Origin: Octopus sinensis
Taxonomy: Eukaryota
Direction of reading: 5' to 3'
Assembly: GCF_006345805.1 (NCBI RefSeq)
Contig: NC_042998.1
Coordinates: 5,084,001 to 5,148,000, forward strand
DNA length: 64,000 nt
Made by a program: the position numbers and the translations under genes. Positions 55,101-64,000 of this stretch are shown piece by piece (position 1 is the stretch's first letter; the number at the start of each line of letters is the position of its first letter). The notes beneath the pieces are model-generated. The model did not search any database. It saw nothing but the letters and a program-made list of their open reading frames with translations, and had not been told where the DNA came from.

Positions 55101-55517
55101 GGCGCGGGAGTGGCTGTGTGGTAAGTAGCTTGCTAACCAACCACATGGTTCCGGGTTCAGTCCCACTGCGTGGAATCTTGGGCAAGTGTCTTCTGCTATA
55201 GCCCCAGGCCGACCAATGCCTTGTGAGTGGATTTGGTAGACGGAAACTGAAAGACGCCTGTCGTATATGTGTATATATATATGTATGCGTGTGTGTTTGT
55301 GTGTCTGTGTTTGTCCCCCTAGCATTGCTTGACAACCGATGCTGGTGTGTTTACGTCCCCGTCACTTAGCGGTTCGGCAAAAAGAGACCGATAGAATAAG
55401 TACTGGGCTTACCAAGAATAAGTCCCGGGGTCGATTTGATCGACTAAAGGCGGTGCTCCAGCATGGCCACAGTCAAATAACTGAAACAAGTAAAATATAA
55501 AAGAAATAAAAGAAAGA
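55101..55517 (+). mobile_element. SINE family A, full length
   Basis: ggcgcgggagtggctgtgtggtaag head, internal TA/TG tract, A-rich tail. Confidence 0.93.
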
Positions 55518-56289
55518 ATCTGGATGTGCTGTTTAATTCATTTTTAGTTTAGACTGAATAAGAGATCTTCTATTCTTAAGATTATGTTGCAGTAGTGTTC
55601 TAGAGTGTTGTCGATTGTATATTTGTTTGGGTTTTAATTGAGAATATAAAGAAAAAGATGTTGAGGACTGTGGAGATTGGTTCGTGCTACAGGCGCAAAC
55701 TCTGACACTCGAATATCTGAGTGACTCGAATATCTGAATGATATCTCAGTTTCAAGTTTCTTTTATTGCGCAAACAGTTTGGACGTGTTGTATATCTGCA
55801 GCTTATAATGGTAAATATAGATTTATTGTAGAGAAATTGGGTCCTCAGACAGGAATTCCTATGAAACATTTAGCGTCTTATATATAAACTAATGTTTTTA
55901 ATTTGTTAACCAAATCACAACCCCCTTTTAGTTTGCACGGGTATCATTTTCTACACTTTCACTGAAAGTTAGAGCTGCTATATGTAACTTTCATTACGTT
56001 TATCTTTTATACGTTACGTGTTAATCTTGCTGAATGTTCTGGTTGATTATACTAAATTTTCATTAATATACGTGCTGGTGTTTTGGTTATGCATGTATCA
56101 ATGCATCATTCTATTTAACAAATTCCAATGCGCCAATCAATTTCTTTGTGTTTTCACTGTGTTGCTTTAGTTCCTATGGCTGATGTTTCACATCTCAAAT
56201 TACAACGATTCAGCAACATATATGTAGATGCTCTCAAAAAGCACTTCATTTGCACTTCTAAAATATTCAATTTAAAATAACAGGAAAAC

Positions 56290-56532
56290 ATTCACCAACG
56301 AACGATGGAAGATTGTGAAGATAAAGCACTATTTCAGAAATTGAAAACGAATGAAACTGAAAATAGGTGGGTAAAGAAAAGAATGCATGGTCAATTTCAT
56401 AGGGATGTTGAAGATAAGACAAACAGAGAAAAAAGATGTCTGTAGATGACTAAAAGTGATTCAAAACAGGAAACGGAGGCTTTAATCTGTGCTGCCCTAG
56501 AACAAGCACTAAGAACAAACTACATAATAATA
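56290..56532 (+). mobile_element. Dong/R4 LINE fragment (post-RT region)
   Basis: WVKKRMHGQFHR...KQETEALICAALEQALRTNY matches the R4/Dong motif W..K.LHGQ...LK.ETEG.I.AAQDQAL.T. Confidence 0.85.
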
Positions 56533-56534
56533 AT

Positions 56535-56852
56535 TCTTGGAGGTTTGGATAATTCACCTTTGGAAACATGAGTGTTTCGTTCAATATCCTTAAACAAACC
56601 TTATTCAGGTACCTTTTGAGCGAGATGGGCTACTCGACCTGAAGAAAACTCTAACTGGGCCCCACCTGCAAAGTCATGTACTATTTATCTTGATATGAGA
56701 TCACCATGTCGCGCACATATGGTTGTGATGCATGTGCCTAGTGTACCCTTATCAGACGGGTAGTCATGATGGGTATACTGGGTTTCGTATATTTTACCCC
56801 AGTGTCACTTTCATGGCATGCACAACTCTCTTGCTCAATAATAATAATAACA
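56535..56852 (+). mobile_element. Probable LINE 3' UTR ending in (TAA)n
   Basis: Discrete block with a (TAA)n tail directly after the Dong fragment; family not verified. Confidence 0.5.
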
Positions 56853-56978
56853 ATAAAATAATTTACTTGAAACTTTTGGTGATTTGTTGTTGCCTGCTTT
56901 CAAATAAAGAATAACCGGTAATTAAGAATTATCCAAGAGGCTTTCATAACAATAATAATGATAATAATAATAATAATA

Positions 56979-57009
<31 letters not shown>

Positions 57010-57017
57010 CATAATGA

Positions 57018-57330
57018 GAATGATCCCTGGCTTACCATCCCTGCAAGAAGTGCAAAATATTGTCTTAACTGGTACATCACACGTATTGAGAAGAGCATTG
57101 TCGCTGTGAGAACTATTACTACCCATGTATTTTAATTTAACTTTATTTCTATAAAAAAAGAAATGAACGAACTAGTGAGTTTAGTTTAATGGCCTACCAA
57201 TGTATACTATGAGTTTCTTTGCCCTAGGAGTCGGGAAGACACTCGGTAAGAAATGGAAGCAAATTTGTAAGAAGAAGAAAACTCATAAATAATAATGATA
57301 ATAATAATAATGATGATAATAATAATAATG

Positions 57331-57377
<47 letters not shown>

Positions 57378-57380
57378 CAG
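57018..57380 (+). mobile_element. Dong/R4 LINE 3' terminus in (TAA)n
   Basis: IPGLPSLQEVQNIVLTGTSHVLRRALSL* (the LQKxxLLGT motif) plus UTR and a (TAA)n tail. Confidence 0.82.
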
Positions 57381-58130
57381 TGTTAAAACGATTTTCTTTA
57401 TCTCTTCCTAAGGACAAGGACTAGGCGCTTTATAAAATCTAAAACAAGTTGCTTCCTAGCATATGAGAATGGCTTGTATGATACTTCACCTTACACATTC
57501 ATGTTCTTCGTCCGGCAGTAAATTGCTATTTCTAGCATTATGCCTCTGAGTGTTCCTAATTTTCTACTTAAAATTCCTTTTGACAAGCTCTCTGCAGCGT
57601 AAATATTAAATTGCATCAAAGTAAGAACTGGTCTTAAATCAATTTAGAACGTTACTGCCTAGGTTTTTCTTAATTTCTGTGATTTCAATCTTTGTATTTA
57701 ATTCATTTAACTCCTATTTTAGAAGACAGTTACATAATTAATTAAGTAACAAGCTTTATTCTGAATGACATCAGATAATATATGCTAAAAAGCTATTCAT
57801 TTCAATAACATTTCTTAAAACTAAATCCAAAATACAGCCTCTTTTCTTTTCCTACTACAATAATTATACCTTTAGACTGTTCTGATATTGTGATTAACTA
57901 GAAAATTATTCGCAATCAATCACATGGTAGTAAATTACCGAACTAGAGAGTGTAATTTATATACAGATCAGTATTTATATCTTCTTCGTCTCAAGAATAA
58001 GAACATTATTACCAATATAGAAATATACTTAAACGAAATACATACGTTCTCCATTTAGAATGTTGTTGTTTTTTTTTTTTTGAGTATTTTCCAAACATAG
58101 AAGCAGTAGCCAAATTTACCTCCACTTCAT

Positions 58131-58367
58131 TACTCTTTTACTCTTTTATTTGTTTCAGTCATTTGAATGCGGCCAAGCCGGAGCGCCAGCTTTAGTGGAT
58201 TAAATCGACCACAGGATTTATTTTTTGTAAGCCTAGTACTTATTCTAACAGTCTCTTATGTCGAACCGCTAAGCTACAGGATCGTAAACACACCACCAAC
58301 AGTTGACAAGCGATGTTGTGGGGGACAAACACAAGCACACAAACACACACACACATACACACACACC

Positions 58368-58417
<50 letters not shown>

Positions 58418-58583
58418 TACGACGGGATTCTTTCAGTTTCTGTCTACTAAATCCACTCACAAGGCTTTGGTCCTCCCGAGGCTATAGTAGAAGACACTTG
58501 CCCAAGGTGCCACGCAGTAGGACTAAACCCGACACCATGTGGTTGGTAAGCCAGCTACTTACAACACAGCCACTCCTGCGCCT
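58131..58583 (-). mobile_element. SINE family A
   Basis: Same structure as the other A copies. Confidence 0.9.
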
Positions 58584-58784
58584 ACAAACAGTCTATTTTA
58601 AATACTCTTAAATAATATATGTATGTTACTCCACAGCCATCAAATAATGTGAGTGTATAAATACACACACAAAAACATGCACACACAAACATACACACAC
58701 ACACACACACATAAATACATATACGCAAACACACACACACGCACACACACACGCACACACACACACACGCACACACACACATAC

Positions 58785-59010
58785 GAGGCTGATGTCGGTG
58801 TGCATTGTCAAAGATTGTATCATAGATTGGAATCGATAAAAAAAAGTAGAGTAATTTTGAGGTGAGGAGTGGAGAAGCCAACGTTTCGAGCAGATTGTTC
58901 TTCAAAGAAAGGTTGAAAGGAAAGAAATAAATGACAGACATTTAAACTTCCCTTTCAAATTTTCTCTCGCGTAGGAAAATATCCGAAACGTTGGATTTTA
59001 CACCCCTAAC
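58785..59010. mobile_element. Old fold-back Penelope-type repeat with two decayed hammerhead halves
   Basis: Inverted pairs ccaacgtttcg / cgaaacgttgg and ttgaaaggaaag / cttccctttcaa. Confidence 0.5.
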
Positions 59011-60481
59011 TGCATACATAAATACGTACATACATGCATAGATACATACTTATGAATGGGTGTATGTGTGTAACATATCTGATGTTTCAACATTTATCAG
59101 TGTTTTCTTGTTTGGATATGACGTATTCCTTGAGAGTAAACTAAGTTCGGTGTTCTGTGAGAGTCTGCCTACCTATATGTATGTGTGTGTGTGTTTGTGC
59201 GAGTGAGTGTATTTATGTGTGTCTATGTATGTATATTTGTGTATGTGTGAAGTGTATGTGTGTATGCATGCAGAATTCTGTTGTTGGAGACCTATTTAAC
59301 AAGGTATTTCAGTGTTTTACGAAGTTTACATATTTCCAAAAATTATTTTTAACCTAAAGAAAAGTATAATTTTATAATAATATGTGTTCGATTACTCTTA
59401 CTTTGTAATTATGGCTAGTCTAAAGGACAGATCAGTAAACATAATTTCTTGCACATCCTGGACAATATTTTATTATAGAGTTGTGATTGTCAAAAAAAGC
59501 CATTACTTCCACGGTAAATAGTCAATAAATGAATATGGAAATAAATAAGTAAACACACAGGCAGAAAATCTCAATGAATTTCTATTTTAGGGGCAAAAAA
59601 CAGTTTGGCAACTTCTACAACTTCTATAATGAAGTATATTATGGGAAATTGATACTGCTCAACTATAATGAGGATATTTTGAGTCCAAAATAGTTATTTT
59701 TGTAATGAGGTAGTTTATTGTGTAAACATATTTCTAATGATTGTATTTCTTTACTGAAAAATAAAATAGATATACTTGTTAATTTAAAAATAATCTAAAA
59801 ATAGGTTCTCGATTTTTTTTTTGGCATTTTCATGTTTCTTTTTGATATTGAATTCTGTTTCCAAACGACCCTCTTTCATCTCGTCTTTTAATTAGCGATA
59901 AAGCTGAGTTTTCATAAGCATAAAAACCGTTCTAAAATAAAGTGTGGAAGAAAAATAGTATACAACAAAAATCTAAGTGAATGATAACACGTTATTAAAC
60001 CTTTCCTTCTGACTCCTATTATCCTTTCTATGGTCTCTTTACATTTAAGATAATCAAAATGAAACACCAACAGAACTGGGAATTTCTTCTCATGGTGACT
60101 AATGGCTCCCAATATTGATGTTTTATATACATATACAACGAAAGGTTATTATAAATGTAGTTGGGGGTTTCTTTAAAAAATAACTTCATTTATTTACCCA
60201 ACTTCATAATATGGTTTTCAAATATAGTATGTATTGGGTTGACGTGTAGCTCTTTAGTATTTGCCTTGACGCTGACTTGAACCTGAACATTTAATTCAAT
60301 CAGACTCGAGTCGAGACAAATAGGAAATAGCTCCAGGTGTCCATCATCACAAACCTTTTGAAAATCACAAAATTTTGAAACCAGTTAAGCTAATATGAAT
60401 AAATCATTTTAAAGACATCAAACGCTTTTTTAATTTCTGTTTCTGTACATCTACATGTATGAGAAAATATCTTATATATAT

Positions 60482-60746
60482 ATAGCTTAGAGGTTAAGGA
60501 ATTCGGGTCACGATCGTAATGTTGTGAATTCGCTGACTGGCGGCTCTTTGTGTCCTTCGACACTCAGTTGGCAAATAGGATTTGTACCTAAGCTTCAAAG
60601 CCCCATCCTTGGAACATTCTGTATCATGCTTAGTCTCCTTGAGAAATACATTAAAGATACACATGCTTATGGAGTGTACATCCACTTGAACGTTCATTTC
60701 AGAGCAAGTTGTTTCATTTATCGGATCAACTAATAGACATGTCGTC
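60482..60746 (+). mobile_element. Old SINE, D-type head with tail T1
   Basis: Head tagcttagaggttaagg...cacgatcgtaa; the tail gagaaatacattaaagatacacatg...cggatcaac resembles 1255-1350. Confidence 0.65.
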
Positions 60747-61017
60747 AAAATATTTTTGAAATGAATGAAATGAGGTAAGTTTGCATAAGGAATGTTCCTA
60801 TTATAGACATATTATGCAAGCCTAAAACGTACGTATTAAATAATTTCAAAATATCACTGCTTGGTTTGATTTGATTATTATAACTAATTCGAATCGATGC
60901 TATTACAAACAAGTCGAACGTGACTCTCCTTATGCGGATAATCGAATCACGATTTGGAGTAGTTCGTTGTATATGACATGAATCCCAAATTCTGGTACAG
61001 TGCACTGCTTCTTAACG

Positions 61018-61084
<67 letters not shown>

Positions 61085-61169
61085 CATACACTGTGCACCG
61101 CTTCTTAGTGAAGTATATATATACTTACATATAAGAAACCAAAGTGTACATATGCTGCTATTTTTTTAT

Positions 61170-62010
61170 ATATAAAAGATACTAAAATGGGACATTAACG
61201 CAAAATATTCAGACAGACGATGCAAGAAAAAACAAGGATGGGTCAATCGGAGATTTCTTTCCGCAGTCGACTTCCGGATTATCTTAGTACTTTCGGCTGG
61301 TTATAATCGAGATGGCTCCAATCGTGCAAGCCCCAAGGAAAAACTAAGCTAAGAACATTAGATTCTTTGGAAGAAAGCAGTGAATGTATACGAAAACAAG
61401 GACGGAAAGAAAACGGAGAAATGTTACACAAATACAAATTCAAATAAAAGGACATAACAATAGGTGTCTTTCGACTTGGACTAAGGTCGAATGAAATTTA
61501 GCTGGTGTGTGTGGAAGTAAAGCCTTCGGGAGGGACATAAGATTTCACAGGCACAGGGAGAGAGATAGATGTTGCACAGATGGTAGGTGAACGAAGAAGG
61601 AAAAGTCATGCTTGGCCGAACATCGGTCACGTGGGGAGAGAAGAGAGGGAGCTAGTGGCAGAGGGATAGAAGAATTAAGGAGGGGCGATAAAAAAAATGA
61701 AAGAGACAGAGTGCAGTGAAAGAGGAGGGAAAGTGAGCATGAAGAGATGGGTAATAAATGTGAGAGAGGAGCAGCAAAAGAACGAAGAGTGGAATGAACG
61801 AGGTAAGCGTGAGGCTGGCCAGTTCTGAGCAATCTCGAGTATAACCAGCCGAAATTGCAAAGCTAATCTGGAACTCGACTGAAGAAAGAAAACTCCGAAT
61901 GACAGGTCCTTGTTTTATTTGTATCGTCTGTCTGGATGTTTTGTTGTCTCTTTTTTGTTTCATCTAATTGTCGGGAAGTTATGCGTTCTTGTCCCATTTA
62001 TATATTTTTT
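61170..62010. mobile_element. Penelope-type non-coding element with ~140-bp inverted arms
   Basis: aaatgggaca...cagacagacgat...tttcggctggttataatcgagatggctc is mirrored by gagcaatctcgagtataaccagccgaaa...atcgtctgtctg...tgtcccattt. Confidence 0.7.
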
Positions 62011-62257
62011 ATATATGTATATAACTTCATGTATATAACTTTATTGCTCTAGATTTTAGGGTGCACTTCTTTATCTGATATATGATCCGATATATGCATA
62101 CATACACGCATACATACATATATACATACAAACATACATATATGCATGTATGCATACACCATATAGGCATGCATACATACATACATACACACATACATAC
62201 GTACATACACACATACATACATATATACATACATACATACATACATACATACATACA

Positions 62258-62291
<34 letters not shown>

Positions 62292-62948
62292 CAGGGTTCA
62301 GCCGTTAAAGTTCTCTGGAAAGTTCAGTTCTTTTAAAAGTTCATGTACAATATATATTTTTACAGCTGACAACACCGAATCTTATTAACTGGTAAGATAA
62401 ACAAACACAAAAACTTGCTGCAACTGGCATTTGAAATGCTATATATATATATGTATATATTGTCATTGAAACTCCACAGGGAAGTAAGAAAAGCAGATAT
62501 ACTCCATATTTATATTTAACAGCTAGCATAATCAATGCATACATTGGAATAATAATGTGGCAACAAATTTTCTGTGTTCAATGAAATTCAATTAATACAC
62601 GATGTAGAGATGGGAATAAATAATTTTACTCATATTTATTGTTATTATATCCAAACATTCATGTTAACCAGCACGCAAATATATTGAAATCAATTTTAAA
62701 TTGATGTGCTATATATTGTTGTTGTTAAATGCATTAGACTTTAATGATGCAAACACTCACAAACACACACACACACCATCACGCACACATACATATATAT
62801 GTGTATATATATATGTATGTATAAATATATATATATATGTATAAATATAAATATATATATATGTATAAATATAAATATATATATGTATATATATATATTT
62901 ATATATGTATAAATATAAACATATATATATATGTATAAATATAAATAT

Positions 62949-63067
<119 letters not shown>

Positions 63068-63077
63068 TGATATGATA

Positions 63078-63376
63078 TGATGGACTCTTCCTTTGCAGAC
63101 GACGTATGAGCGTTCAGTTTTGCCGAACGACCTGCACAAAAGATTTGTTGATAATTATCAAATGTTCGTTTGCACATTAGCTAACTCACTCTTTCAAATC
63201 GATGTTGTCTGACCAGTTGCACTGTGTAACACGCGTCGATTGTCAACGCAATCGGAGAACAACGTGAGATGAAACGTTTTGCTCAAGAATACAACGCACC
63301 ACCCGGTCTAGGAACCGAAATCACGATCGTTGGATCGTGAATGCAACAAACTAAACCCTTGGTCATGCGCCCTCGC
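63078..63376 (-). mobile_element. SINE with B/D-like head and a further distinct tail (T5)
   Basis: Minus strand gagggcgcatgacc...ttcggttcctagaccgggtggtgcgttgtattcttgagcaaaacgtttcatctcacgttg followed by a unique tail. Confidence 0.7.
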
Positions 63377-63963
63377 ACATATATGTATGTATATAACTTT
63401 TAAGTTTGTTTACGGGATCTGTTTTGATTATGCAGGTAAAATTCTTATTACATCATTCCGGCCACAGCCTAATGATGCTGACAGATGAGCCAATTTTTGG
63501 TTACCTCGAGTTATACCAATATAATGAAGGATAAATGTAATTTCTTAAAGATAAATATAATAACTTGTCCTGTGCTTTTCCAGGTTTATAATCTTAAAAA
63601 TATTATTTCTCTTGCTCGCGTTTTTCCATATAATCCATATTTCTTACAGGTTATGCTATTATGCTTTTTAATAAAGTGTCAATAATTTACGATTTTACCC
63701 AACTGCAAATTGAATAATAAATTGACTAAATATTACGGGACTGTGTTAACATGATATAATTGCATTAATTAATAGAGAGGATGCGATTAAACTAATTGAA
63801 CCTTAGACATGTCGTTGATAATCTTTTCCTTACCTCAATGATGTTGGTGACACATTAAAAGTCCCCTTGAAGAACTATATTCATAAAAAGGTGCACAAGT
63901 ATATTATAACCCAGCTAAGTAATTATAGATAGACAGGTAACTATACATATATATGTATATATG

Positions 63964-63997
<34 letters not shown>

Positions 63998-64000
63998 TAT

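Overview
AT-rich, repeat-saturated eukaryotic DNA. The SINE set, (TA)n/(TAA)n/(AGAT)n density and Penelope/Dong/Helitron content look like a coleoid cephalopod (most likely Octopus) intronic or intergenic region; this taxon call is from memory, not a database search. I found no host protein-coding gene I can support, and nearly all tracked ORFs are microsatellite or SINE artefacts. The window holds at least 4 tRNA-derived SINE head/core types in about 20 copies, three minus-strand Helitrons, a Mutator-like element with a 9-bp TSD, several Dong/R4 LINE pieces lodged in (TAA)n, and decayed mariner/Tc1, hAT, RTE, Tx1 and Penelope remnants. Three things stand out. (1) Short non-coding fold-back elements carry minimal hammerhead ribozymes; one (39288-39790) has an intact hammerhead on each strand. 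(2) Two retroposed elements encode only a zinc-knuckle ORF1-like protein (HAL1-like; one has a 14-bp TSD), and their 3' tails match the tails of two SINE subfamilies. (3) The SINE families swap heads and tails combinatorially.
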